NCBI GenBank assembly: GCA_965263455.1
Contig: CBDHHN010000002.1
Location: 6,938 to 70,937 of the forward strand
Length of the DNA stretch: 64,000 nucleotides
Direction: 5' to 3'
Origin: Acidimicrobiales bacterium
GTDB taxonomy: Bacteria; Actinomycetota; Acidimicrobiia; Acidimicrobiales; SZUA-35
The position numbers and the translations under genes are program-made. Shown here piece after piece: positions 26,476-37,799 of the stretch (within the stretch, counting starts at the first letter, position 1; each line of letters starts with the position of its first letter). The notes under the pieces were generated by a model that ran no database searches, was not told the DNA's origin, and saw only the letters and a list, made by a program, of their open reading frames with translations.

Positions 26476-27255
26476 ATGACGCAGACGGTGGCCAGGGGGG
26501 ACCGGGAGGGCGCAGCGCCCCTGTGGAAGGAACTGCGGGCGCCCTTGGAGCTCGGGTTGTTCGTCGGCTTGGCCCCGCTACTACGGGCGGTGCCACCGGG
26601 TCCGTCGCGCTCGGTCCTCGTGGTGCCCGGTTTCGGGATCGACGACCGGGCCACCCTGCCGCTGCGCGGTCTGCTCCGGGCCCTCGGCCACCGACCTCGG
26701 GGTTGGGGTCTCGGACCGAACCGGGGCCCGACACCCGAGGCCATGGACGGCCTGGCCCGACGGCTGGCCGAGGTGACCGAGCGGACCGGGGCGCCGGTGC
26801 CGATCGTGGGTTGGTCGTTGGGTGGCGTGTACGGCCGAGCCCTGGCCCAGTGGTACCCGGAGCGTGTCGATCAGGTGATCAGCCTGGGCAGCCCCTTCAA
26901 CCTCGGGGCCCGCGAACAAGGCAGTCTGATCACCGATCTGTACGCCCGGGCCGAACGAACGGGCCGGTTCATTCGCCGCCGCGGCGAGATCGACCTCGAC
27001 GCCATCGCCTGCCCCTCGACCTCGATCTACACCCGGAGCGATGGCATCGTCCCCTGGCGGGCCTGCCTTCAGAGCGAAGGTCCCACGGCCGAGAACGTCG
27101 AGGTCCGGGGCAGCCACTGCGGCCTGGGTTCCAACGTGACCGCAGCCTGGGTGATCGCCGACCGTCTCCGCCATCGGGCCGACGACTGGCGTCCCTTCCA
27201 GGCCCCGGCCGCGACCCGCTGCCTCTTCCCGGCGGACGACCCATGCGCCAACTGA
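26476..27255 (+). CDS. Alpha/beta hydrolase
   Basis: Nucleophile elbow GWSLGG, with a VLVVPGFG oxyanion region. 259 aa. Confidence 0.85.
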   Translation: MTQTVARGDREGAAPLWKELRAPLELGLFVGLAPLLRAVPPGPSRSVLVVPGFGIDDRATLPLRGLLRALGHRPRGWGLGPNRGPTPEAMDGLARRLAEVTERTGAPVPIVGWSLGGVYGRALAQWYPERVDQVISLGSPFNLGAREQGSLITDLYARAERTGRFIRRRGEIDLDAIACPSTSIYTRSDGIVPWRACLQSEGPTAENVEVRGSHCGLGSNVTAAWVIADRLRHRADDWRPFQAPAATRCLFPADDPCAN

Positions 27256-28676
27256 CCGGCCTCGACAGCAGCTTCCTGACCTGGGAGAGCGGGACCACGG
27301 TCGGCCACATGACCAGTGTCCTGCTCATCGATCCGTCGACCTCCCCCGAGCCCTGGACCTACGAGCGGCTGGTGACCCTCCTCCAGGCCCGGGTGCCCCT
27401 CGTCCCCACCCTCACCGAGTCGCTGGTCGAGATACCCCTGGGTCTGGACCGGCCGTACTGGGTCCCGGCCGACAACTTCGACCTGGAAGACCACCTCCAC
27501 TATGTCGCCGTCCCCGGTGACGGCGACCGCCGGACCTTCGCCGACCTCGTGGCCCGCATCCACGAACGACCCCTCGACCGCCGCCAACCCCTGTGGGAGT
27601 GCCATCTCGTCGACGGCGTGCCGGGTGGCGGCAAGGCCGTCATCACCAAGATCCACCACGCCGCCATCGACGGCCTGTCGGGTCAGGAGATCCTGGCCGC
27701 CCTGGTCGACCTCGAGGCCGAGGCCCCGCTCGAACCGGGACCGGAACGGCCGCCGGTCCCGAGTCGGACCCGGCCCCCCGAGGCCGCCACCCTCGCCTCC
27801 CGCACCGCGGTGTCGCTGCTGACCTCCCCCGGCCGGATGGTCAAGGCGGGGTGGGCCCTGGGGCGCCTGCTCCCCGTGGTCGGGCCGACCATCGCCCGGG
27901 CCACCCCGGTCGCCGGCGGGGATCAGACCGCAAGCGAGGTGTTGCGCCGACTCGGGGCCGCACCCCGGACACCGTTCAACGCCGCCATCGGGACCCATCG
28001 CCGATGGGCCAACGCCTCCGTGGAGCTCGATCGGGTCAAGGCGGTGAAGAACGCCGCCGGAACCACCGTGAACGACGTCGTCCTGGCGGTGGTGGCCGGA
28101 GCCGTCCGCACCTGGCTGAGCGACCACCACTCACTGCCCGACCGCCCGCTGGCGGCCATGGTGCCGCTGTCGATCCGGGGCCAGGGCAACACCGGAGAGC
28201 TGGGCAACCACCTGTCGGCCACCGTGGCCACGCTGGCAACCGACATCGACGACCCGGCGGAGCGCCTGGCCGCCATCAAGTCCGGGATGGACGGGGCCAA
28301 GGCGGCCCAGGACGCCCTCCCGGCCGAGATCCTCACCGACCTGACCCAGGTCGCGCCCCCGGCGGTGGCCGCCCTCGCCGCCCGACTGGTGGCGTCGACG
28401 AAGCTGGCCGACCGGGTCGGGCTGCCGTTCAACCTCGTGGTGTCGAACGTGCCGGGCCCGCCGATACCTCTCTATCTGGGCGGGGCCCGCATCACGGCCC
28501 ACTACCCGGTGTCCACCATCGTGGACGGCGTCGGCCTCAACGTGACCGTGATGTCGACCGACGGCTGGCTCGGTTTCGGCTACGTGGCCGACCGTGACCT
28601 GATCCCCGACCTCTGGGACCTGGCCGACCGGACGGTGCCCGCCCTCGACGAACTGACGGCCGCCGTCGGGGTCTGA
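27243..28676 (+). CDS. Wax ester synthase / diacylglycerol acyltransferase (WS/DGAT)
   Basis: MRQLTGLDSSFLTWES and the catalytic motif HHAAIDG. 477 aa. The ATG overlaps the hydrolase 3' end by 13 nt. Confidence 0.93.
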   Translation: MRQLTGLDSSFLTWESGTTVGHMTSVLLIDPSTSPEPWTYERLVTLLQARVPLVPTLTESLVEIPLGLDRPYWVPADNFDLEDHLHYVAVPGDGDRRTFADLVARIHERPLDRRQPLWECHLVDGVPGGGKAVITKIHHAAIDGLSGQEILAALVDLEAEAPLEPGPERPPVPSRTRPPEAATLASRTAVSLLTSPGRMVKAGWALGRLLPVVGPTIARATPVAGGDQTASEVLRRLGAAPRTPFNAAIGTHRRWANASVELDRVKAVKNAAGTTVNDVVLAVVAGAVRTWLSDHHSLPDRPLAAMVPLSIRGQGNTGELGNHLSATVATLATDIDDPAERLAAIKSGMDGAKAAQDALPAEILTDLTQVAPPAVAALAARLVASTKLADRVGLPFNLVVSNVPGPPIPLYLGGARITAHYPVSTIVDGVGLNVTVMSTDGWLGFGYVADRDLIPDLWDLADRTVPALDELTAAVGV

Positions 28677-28709
28677 CCGGACCTCCCGACGGCGGCACCC
28701 GTCAACTCA

Positions 28710-31700
28710 TCACGGCGCCGCCAGCACCGCGTCGTACTGGAGCTTGGTCTGACCACCGGCGATGCAGGCGGTCCGCGTCGCCGTGGACTTGCCGTTGACG
28801 AACTCCCGGCCCTCGGGGGCCACGAACCGGATCCGGTAGCACCCGGCGTCGAGGGTGAACCAGTAGAACCCGGCGTAGTTCGTCGTGGTCGAGTCGACCA
28901 GGGGCCCGAGGGCTCCGCCACCGGCGTGCTCGTAGGCGTGCACGGTCACCCCGGCGGCCCCGAGCCCGCTCTCCTCGGTCACCGAATCGCCGATGACCCC
29001 GGTGGTCACCTCCGGTCCCTTGGCCTGGCCCGTGCTCAGGGCGTAGGCCGACCGGGCGGTGGTGTCCTCGATCCCGCCGAACCCCTCGAACGTATTGAAG
29101 ACGTCGACCACGAAGTCGGGATCGACGTCGTCGGCGGTGCCCAGCACGCCGTCGGGACCGACACCGAAGATCGACTCGAACTCGCCACCGGCATCCATCA
29201 GCGACGGCTGGGGGTTGAACGTCTCGGTGTGCCAGTTGCCGATGAAGTGCCCGACCTCGTGGGCGGCGATGTGGCCGACGCCGAACCCGATGAGGTCGAT
29301 CTTGGTCGCCCCGTTGGCCAGCCCGTAGGAGTTCAGACTGATGGGATCACCGGCCGGACTGCTCAACAGGTCGAGCAGCACGACCCCGGTCTCGGTGCTG
29401 TCGGTGTTACCCGGGTCGATGGACTGGGCGATGCCGATGGTCGGAATCTGCAACTGGTCGATGGTGCCGCCGACCACGATGCGGCTGACGTCGGGGTCAC
29501 CCCAACGGTCACCGTGATCGCGGCTGTTGAGGATCTCGATGTCGAACTGGGTGCCTCGGCCCTGACGGTCCCGGTTGCCGTTGCGGCCATCCACGATGCG
29601 CAGGTCGGTGTCCAGGTTCTCCACCATGGCGTCGAGAACGGCGTCGATCACGGCGTCCTCGTCGGCCGGCTCGAGGCCCCAGGCCGGCAGGAAGTCGGCC
29701 AGGGGCGACAGGGGCTGGGCCGGGGTGGGGACGGGTGGGGGCGGCCCGAAGAACAGGTCGGGTGAGACCTCGGCCCCGTCGAAGTCGACGAAGATGATCT
29801 GCTGGGCCTGACCCGGCTCATCGGCCCGCCCGGCCTTCACCACCTGCAGCTGCCCCTCGTAGGGGCCGTCGCCCTCGGTGACGAACACGGCATGACGCCC
29901 CTTGCGGGTGACCACGTGGTCGAAGCCGACCCGCCGGTCGTGCCGCAGCGGCGAGTCGGCCGGGTAGATGAAGCTGGGGTTGAACCCCGACTGCATGACC
30001 AGGGTCCCGCCGGGGTCGATGATCCCGGCCACCCGGGCCGAATCGAAACCACCACTGATGGCGTCACCCTTCTCCAGATCGACCAGGTAGACGTCGACGT
30101 CGATCACGGGTTCGGCGTCGGCCATGGCCTCGGCGATCTCGTCGCGGCGGTCCTCGAGAGCGGCCAGCGCCGCGGCCCTGGTTTCGGCCCGCTGGCCGTC
30201 GCGGGCCGCCACCAACGAGGCGGGATCGATGCGTCGGACCCCCCAGTTCGGACCGACGATGCCGTCGATGACCTCCTGGGTGGTGTCGACCAGGGCCAGG
30301 CCGTAGGGGCCGACGACGGCGGTGTCGGTACCGGTCGTACTGTCGAACGGATCGGTGGGCAGGCCGCCGGTGATGGCCACGTGGTAGACGCCGGTGGCCG
30401 GTACCGTCAGCTGCACGAACCCGGGCACCGCCTCGCCCCCGTCGCTGTCCTGACCGGAAAGGACGAGGTCTCCGGCCTCGTCGTAGATCCCGACCACGAA
30501 GTTCTCGATCACGGGGTCGGGTCCGAAGTCGACCAGATCGACGACGAGTTCCTTGCCCTCCTGGACCACCCGGGTGCTGTAGAAGTCGACGTCGCCGGTG
30601 CCGGCCTGGGGTCCATCACCGACGAAGCCGTCGCAGAAGGTCACGAACAGTTCGTCGTCACCGGTGCCCCCCGAGGCGTCGTTGGCCAACGGGATGGCGC
30701 CGTCGTCCTCGTCGGAGAAGCAGGGAGGCGGTGGGGGACTGACGCTACCGATCACCACCTCGTAGCCACCGGTGTCGGTCACGCCGGCCCCGCTCGACGA
30801 GTCGAAGGGGTCGGACGGCAGCGGCCCGGCGCCGACCACGGCCACCACGTACTCGCCCGTCGCCGGCGCCGGCACCTCCAGGAACTCGGGCAGCTCGGGG
30901 TCGCCGCTGTCGTCGATCGAGGCCACCAGATTGCCGGCGCCGTCGTAGATGGCGACGGTGGTCTCAACCCCGTCAGGGTTCTCGAAGTGGACGACGTCGG
31001 CCAGGATCAGGTCGCCCTCGGGCACGGTGCCGACCCGGTAGAAGTCGGCGTCACCGGTGCTGGCCCCGAACGGCCCGTCACCGATGAATCCGAGACAGAA
31101 CTCGACGGTGTCGACCAGGTCACCCCGGTCGTTGGCCAGGGGGATGGAGCCGTCGTCCTCGACCGAGACGCAGGGCGGAGGCAAGGTGACGACGAAGAGG
31201 TCGTAGGTGCCGTCGGTCGTGACCCCGGCGCCGCTGGTGGGATCGAAGGGGTCGGTGGGGAGTGGCCCGGCACCGACCACGAAGCCGAAGTACTCGCCGT
31301 CGGCCGGGGCTTCCACCACGAGGAACTCGGGAAGGTTGGGATCACCGGAATCATCGACCGAACCGAGCAGGTTGCCCGCGGCGTCGTAGATGGCCAGCGT
31401 GGTGGCGGCGGCCTGAAGCGAGTCGGAGACGTTGGCCGAATCGAGGATCAGGGTCGACCCGGCGGCCACCTCGCCATAGGAGAACACGTCGATGTCGCCC
31501 GTGGTCGAGCCGTGGGGTCCGTCGCCGATCTCCCCGGCGCACAGGGCCACGTCGAAGGCGGGAACGGGGTTGGCCAGGGGGATGGAGCCGTCGTCCTCGG
31601 TCGAGAAGCAGTCGAACGGCACCGGCAACCGGGGCTCGGCCCCGGACAGATGGCCCTCGATGGTCACGGCCCGGTTCTGGTTGCGACCGGTGCCGAACCT

Positions 31701-32123
31701 CGGAATGCGCTGACCGGTGGCCGGGGTGTCGTTGACGCCCGTCTCGCCCGGGGCCTCCCGTTCGCTCACCTCGGTGAAGCGGGGCCTCCCCCGACGACCG
31801 TCGACCGGGAGTTGCTCGTGCGCCGGCAGCTGGGCGGCCACGTCGACCCAGGTCTCGACAACGGTCTCGCTCCGCTCCCGGCCCAGCGAGAGCCAGGGCG
31901 GCGGACCGAGGCGGCCCAGTTCGTCGATCTCGTCGCTGGCGAGGGCGCCGTCGGCCCCCTCCAACTGCTGTTGGACCTCGGCCGCCGCCTCCTCCTGCAC
32001 CGCGGCAGAGGTCGGATCCTCCTGCCCCGACGTCGGTGGCGTGTTCACCAGTCCGAACACCATGATCGCGGCCACCAGAACGGCCGCCCGCCGTACGATC
32101 ATCATCGTCCCCCTCCTGACCAT
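28710..32123 (-). CDS. Large secreted zinc metalloprotease with three PPC-like repeat modules and a C-terminal CarboxypepD_reg-like domain
   Basis: Signal peptide present. There are three modules of about 147 aa. The zincin motif is HIAAHEVGHFIGNWH (HExxH). The C-terminal beta-sandwich region reads GVTVHAYEH...GFYWFTLDAGCYRIRF. Confidence 0.85.
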   Translation of the reverse strand: MVRRGTMMIVRRAAVLVAAIMVFGLVNTPPTSGQEDPTSAAVQEEAAAEVQQQLEGADGALASDEIDELGRLGPPPWLSLGRERSETVVETWVDVAAQLPAHEQLPVDGRRGRPRFTEVSEREAPGETGVNDTPATGQRIPRFGTGRNQNRAVTIEGHLSGAEPRLPVPFDCFSTEDDGSIPLANPVPAFDVALCAGEIGDGPHGSTTGDIDVFSYGEVAAGSTLILDSANVSDSLQAAATTLAIYDAAGNLLGSVDDSGDPNLPEFLVVEAPADGEYFGFVVGAGPLPTDPFDPTSGAGVTTDGTYDLFVVTLPPPCVSVEDDGSIPLANDRGDLVDTVEFCLGFIGDGPFGASTGDADFYRVGTVPEGDLILADVVHFENPDGVETTVAIYDGAGNLVASIDDSGDPELPEFLEVPAPATGEYVVAVVGAGPLPSDPFDSSSGAGVTDTGGYEVVIGSVSPPPPPCFSDEDDGAIPLANDASGGTGDDELFVTFCDGFVGDGPQAGTGDVDFYSTRVVQEGKELVVDLVDFGPDPVIENFVVGIYDEAGDLVLSGQDSDGGEAVPGFVQLTVPATGVYHVAITGGLPTDPFDSTTGTDTAVVGPYGLALVDTTQEVIDGIVGPNWGVRRIDPASLVAARDGQRAETRAAALAALEDRRDEIAEAMADAEPVIDVDVYLVDLEKGDAISGGFDSARVAGIIDPGGTLVMQSGFNPSFIYPADSPLRHDRRVGFDHVVTRKGRHAVFVTEGDGPYEGQLQVVKAGRADEPGQAQQIIFVDFDGAEVSPDLFFGPPPPVPTPAQPLSPLADFLPAWGLEPADEDAVIDAVLDAMVENLDTDLRIVDGRNGNRDRQGRGTQFDIEILNSRDHGDRWGDPDVSRIVVGGTIDQLQIPTIGIAQSIDPGNTDSTETGVVLLDLLSSPAGDPISLNSYGLANGATKIDLIGFGVGHIAAHEVGHFIGNWHTETFNPQPSLMDAGGEFESIFGVGPDGVLGTADDVDPDFVVDVFNTFEGFGGIEDTTARSAYALSTGQAKGPEVTTGVIGDSVTEESGLGAAGVTVHAYEHAGGGALGPLVDSTTTNYAGFYWFTLDAGCYRIRFVAPEGREFVNGKSTATRTACIAGGQTKLQYDAVLAAP
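30288..31613 (-). repeat. Three tandem protein-level repeats of about 147 aa inside the metalloprotease gene
   Basis: Each unit reads C-x-S-x-EDDG-[SA]-IPLAN...GDGP...TGD-x-D-[FV]-[YF]...[AG]IYD-x-AG-[ND]L[VL]...D[DS]-x-G...P-x-DPFD-x-[ST]-x-G. The units cover aa 171-612. Confidence 0.85.
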
Positions 32124-32264
32124 GCCGACCCTTCTGCCGGTGGCCTTTCACGACAATCGGGGCCAACCATAGACAACAGGGCTAACCGCTTGCTGTCGGG
32201 CCCCTGTCGAGCTCCACCCCGACGCACGCCGGTACGGAGCGGTACGGCTCAGCCGTCGCCGATC

Positions 32265-33131
32265 TCAGCGTCGGCGCAGGCAGTCGAAGCGGTCGAACCC
32301 GACCTCGACGGCCACGGTCGAACCCGGCGCCACCTCGACGGCCAGGGAGCACCGAAGAGCCCCGAGGGGATCGGGTCGGACCGGGGCTGGTCCCAGGCCG
32401 ACATTGGTCGTGGCCCGGACGACCACTCGTCCGGCCGGGACCGGCTGATCGAGGATCGTGTCGTAGTACGCGTCGATGCCCCCCTCGGAGGTGGCCGCCA
32501 CCACCTCGGACCACAGCAGGGCGGCGATGACGTCACCCTGGCCGGTCTCGAACCGCAACCCGATCTCGAACCCCTCGATGAGGTAACCGTCGATCTCCTC
32601 GACAGTGAGGGCGATCGTCCCGTTGCCGCCCTGCTCCCACCCGGGACCGGACCCGGTGGTCGTCGGGCCCGGCGGGGTCGAGACCGTGCTCGTGGGCGAA
32701 GTCGTAGGCGGAGGGGAAGAGGACGGTGACGAGGGCGAAGAAGAGGAAGAAGAAGAGGTAGAGGAAGCGGGCGACGAGGGGGAGGTGACGACGGCGGGGT
32801 CCGGGCCCGAGGCCGGAGGCCGGGGGGCACCGGCGACGGCCGAGGCCGGCGCGGCCCCGGTGTCGACCGGATCGGCCTCCGATTCCGGGGATGAGGGCGA
32901 CGACACCACCGACCCGCCGTCGAGGGTCGGGGCCGACGGGTCGCCTTCCACCTCGATCGCGGCCGAGCCGAGGTCGTCGTCCACCGCCCCGCCACAGGCC
33001 GCCAGGACCAGACCGAGCACGGCCGGCGCCACCGTCCAGGCCCTTGGCCCGACGAACCACCGCCGACACCGGCCCGCATACGCCTGGTGTCGCCCTCGTC
33101 GCCGCCCGCCGTCTCGCCCGCTCGCACTCAT
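32265..33131 (-). CDS. Lipoprotein with a Ser/Thr/Pro-rich linker and an uncharacterised C-terminal domain
   Basis: From ATG 33131: MSASGRD...APAVLGLVLAACGG (lipobox), followed by SSPASSTSSSSSSSPSSPSSSPPPTTSPTS. The upstream part of track ORF 32265-33620 is shadow. Confidence 0.65.
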   Translation of the reverse strand: MSASGRDGGRRRGRHQAYAGRCRRWFVGPRAWTVAPAVLGLVLAACGGAVDDDLGSAAIEVEGDPSAPTLDGGSVVSSPSSPESEADPVDTGAAPASAVAGAPRPPASGPDPAVVTSPSSPASSTSSSSSSSPSSPSSSPPPTTSPTSTVSTPPGPTTTGSGPGWEQGGNGTIALTVEEIDGYLIEGFEIGLRFETGQGDVIAALLWSEVVAATSEGGIDAYYDTILDQPVPAGRVVVRATTNVGLGPAPVRPDPLGALRCSLAVEVAPGSTVAVEVGFDRFDCLRRR

Positions 33132-33270
33132 CGCGCAACCTCGTCGTCGCCCCGCCTCTGACCCGGGCAATACTACCCAGGACGTGTCACCGGATGGCCT
33201 CGGGCCTCTGCCGCGACGGGCGACGCCGACCGGCGTCCTACCCTGTCGGTCGCCCGATCGGAGTTCCACC

Positions 33271-34116
33271 ATGACCGCCCGCCAGCACGTCCCCCGCCCG
33301 CCCGGCGCCCGCAGCGCCCGATCGCGCCTCGTGGCCGTGGCCATCGCCCTGGGCCTGACGGCGCTCGCCTGCGGAGGCGACGACGGTTCAGGGGCCGGGA
33401 TCGCCGCCCTGGCCACGTCCACCACCTCGCCGACCCCGTCGGCGTCGACCGGCGAGCCGTCGACCACCGCCGACCCCTCGTCGACCACGTCGTCCAGCCC
33501 CTCGTCGACCGCGCCTGCGACACCGAGCACCACGTCGACCACACAACCGGTGCCGAGCACCACGGCCGGCCCGACCCCGACCGGGTCCACCCTTCCCGAC
33601 GGGATCGAGTACGAGATCACCGACGACGGCTTCGGACCGGTCCGGCTGGGAATGACGGTGGACGAGATGATCGAGGCCCTCGGCCCCGGCTACTCGGTCA
33701 CCTTCGAGTCGGCGGTCCGGGTCGACCTCGACGCCTATCGGGTGGGCCGCGACGGACGCACCCTGTTCTACGCCGCCGACCTCGGCGAGGACCACATCCG
33801 CCTTCTGCTGACCGACAACGACCGGTTCGGCCTGGCCTCGGGCCTCCGTCCGGGCATGACGCTGCAGGAGGCGGTGGCCCTCCACGGACGACCCACGCTG
33901 GGCTTCAACACCGAATCGGAGAGCCGGGAGACCGTGTCGTTCGCCGACGGCACCGGCAACTCGCCGCGGTTCCGCATCGAGACCTTGATCCGGGCCGGAA
34001 TCTACGCCGACGTGGTCGGCGGCTTCAACCAGACCAGGGACTTCCGGCCGGAGGGCCGTATCGGTTGGCTGTGGCTGACCTGCTTCGCCTCGGGCCCGGA
34101 CGCCTGCCCCGAGTGA
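33271..34116 (+). CDS. Lipoprotein with a Ser/Thr/Pro-rich linker and an uncharacterised C-terminal domain
   Basis: From ATG 33271: MTARQH...LVAVAIALGLTALACGG (lipobox), an S/T/P linker, then a globular 170-aa domain. It is divergent from 32265-33131. Confidence 0.7.
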   Translation: MTARQHVPRPPGARSARSRLVAVAIALGLTALACGGDDGSGAGIAALATSTTSPTPSASTGEPSTTADPSSTTSSSPSSTAPATPSTTSTTQPVPSTTAGPTPTGSTLPDGIEYEITDDGFGPVRLGMTVDEMIEALGPGYSVTFESAVRVDLDAYRVGRDGRTLFYAADLGEDHIRLLLTDNDRFGLASGLRPGMTLQEAVALHGRPTLGFNTESESRETVSFADGTGNSPRFRIETLIRAGIYADVVGGFNQTRDFRPEGRIGWLWLTCFASGPDACPE

Positions 34117-34244
34117 AGACCGGCCGACCGCCCGGAATTCGGACCCTCCGACCAGGTTTCACTACGCTTCTCTAAGTACCTGGGAGCCCGGCCGGGCTCG
34201 CGGCCGAGGCCACACCCGGTGGTCGAAGGTGAGCGAAAGGGGAC

Positions 34245-36107
<1,863 letters not shown>

Positions 36108-36215
36108 CGGGGGCGGGGCGCGGCCGCCGGCCTTCCGATTCGGCGGGCGGTGCATCCGGAATCGCTCCAGGGAGCGAAGGAGCATGCAGATACTCACACA
36201 ACAAGGAGTGCACGC

Positions 36216-37013
36216 ATGTTCCGAATCCGAACCCTGCTGGCCGGTGTCGCCGTCCTGGCCCTGGCCCTGGCCACGCTGGCCCTTCCCGCCTCGGCCGACG
36301 ACGCCCGGATCCACCTCATCCACGGCATCCCCGACACCGATGTCGACGTGGAGGCCAACGGCGACAACGTCTTCGAGAACTTCTCGTTCGGCGACACCCA
36401 GGACCTGTCCGGCCTGGCCGGCGCCACCCTGGCCGGACTGAAGGTCAAGGCCGCCGGTACCGACACCGTGGCCATCGACGCCGGTGACGTCACCCTCCCC
36501 GACGACGGCAACACCACCATCATCGCCCACCTGGACGCCTCGGGCACCCCGACGCTGTCGATCTTCGAGAACGACACCTCCACCATCGACGCCGGCGAGG
36601 GTCGCCTGGTCGTCCGCCACACGGCGGCCGCCCCCGAGGTCGACATCAAGGCCAACGGCGACGTCGCCTTCGCCTCGGTTCCCAACGGGGCCGAGGGCTC
36701 GGTCGACCTGGCCACCGGCACCGTCACGGCCGAGGTCGTGCCCGCCGGGGCCGCTGACCCCGTCGTCATCGGCCCGGCCGATCTGCCCATCAACGAGGGT
36801 GAGTCCCTGATCGTGTACGCCGTCGGCTCGCTCGACGACGGGAACCTGTCGGTCCTGACCGAGTCGATCACCGGTCTCCACACCTCGCCCAACCAGGTCA
36901 ACACCGGTACCAGCCCCGTGTCCGACGGCGTCGCCCCCGCCCTGGTGGCCACCGTCCTCGGCCTCGGTGTCGCCGCCGGCGGCGGACTGGTCCTGGCCCG
37001 TCGGCGGGCCTGA
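36216..37013 (+). CDS. DUF4397-domain surface protein with a C-terminal sortase-type sorting signal
   Basis: An AAGGAG RBS lies 7 nt upstream. Signal peptide MFRIRTLLAGVAVLALALATLALPASA. The C-terminus is QVNTG, then a hydrophobic stretch ALVATVLGLGVAAGGGLVL, then ARRRA. Confidence 0.8.
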   Translation: MFRIRTLLAGVAVLALALATLALPASADDARIHLIHGIPDTDVDVEANGDNVFENFSFGDTQDLSGLAGATLAGLKVKAAGTDTVAIDAGDVTLPDDGNTTIIAHLDASGTPTLSIFENDTSTIDAGEGRLVVRHTAAAPEVDIKANGDVAFASVPNGAEGSVDLATGTVTAEVVPAGAADPVVIGPADLPINEGESLIVYAVGSLDDGNLSVLTESITGLHTSPNQVNTGTSPVSDGVAPALVATVLGLGVAAGGGLVLARRRA

Positions 37014-37043
37014 GCCCCACCGACCGGAACCGGAGTCTCCGAC

Positions 37044-37799
37044 ATGGCTCGACGCTCCCCCACCGTCGCCGTCGCCCTGCTGGCCGCACTGACCCTCGTG
37101 GTATCGGCCTGCACCACCGGCTCGGCCTCCACCGCCGCCGACCCGATCGTGGTGTCGGGACCACAGGGCGACGGCGCCGAGTCGTCGGAGACCGGTTCCC
37201 CCCAGTCCGACTCGGCCGGCGCCCCCACGGCGGCCGGGTCGGACCCGGCCGCCGCTGACGGCGGCGACGAGCAGCCCGCCCTGTCGGCGGCCGAGGTGGC
37301 CGCCCGCATCGAGCAGTTGCCGACCGCCCTCGACGTCCCCGAGTTCCGGCCCGGGCCCGAACCGATCGCCATCTCGTTCCCCGCCATCGGGGTCGAGGGC
37401 TCCCCGATCGACGGTGTCGGAGTCGAGCCCAACGGCGAGCTGGAAGTGCCGGAGGCCCGGCGGGTCGGCTGGTACGAGTACGGCCCGTCGCCCGGCCAGG
37501 ACGGTTCCAGCGTCCTGGCCGGCCACATCGCCGCCGACGGGATCGACGGCGTGTTCCGCCGCCTGGCGGACGCCGAGCCCGGCGACCGGTTCGATCTCGA
37601 GTTCCGCACCGGGGAGCGGGCCAGCTTCGAGATCATCGAGATGGCCCAGTACGACAAGGACGAGCTGCCCCTGCCCCGGGTGTTCGCCCGGGATGGACGT
37701 CCCGTGGTCACCCTGATCACCTGCGGTGGCGACTTCCAGCCCTCACTCGGAAGCTACGAGGACAACATCGTGGCCTACGCCGTCCCGGTCGAGCCATGA
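37044..37799 (+). CDS. Class F sortase
   Basis: VLAGHI (catalytic His region), TLITCGG (catalytic Cys), and an N-terminal lipoprotein-like anchor. Confidence 0.88.
   Translation: MARRSPTVAVALLAALTLVVSACTTGSASTAADPIVVSGPQGDGAESSETGSPQSDSAGAPTAAGSDPAAADGGDEQPALSAAEVAARIEQLPTALDVPEFRPGPEPIAISFPAIGVEGSPIDGVGVEPNGELEVPEARRVGWYEYGPSPGQDGSSVLAGHIAADGIDGVFRRLADAEPGDRFDLEFRTGERASFEIIEMAQYDKDELPLPRVFARDGRPVVTLITCGGDFQPSLGSYEDNIVAYAVPVEP

Noticed and set aside
29892-32729. 945-aa plus-strand ORF
   Set aside because: It is antisense shadow of the metalloprotease gene (28710-32123). It is G/R/D/V-rich with no recognisable domains, whereas the minus frame has a signal peptide, repeats and HExxH.
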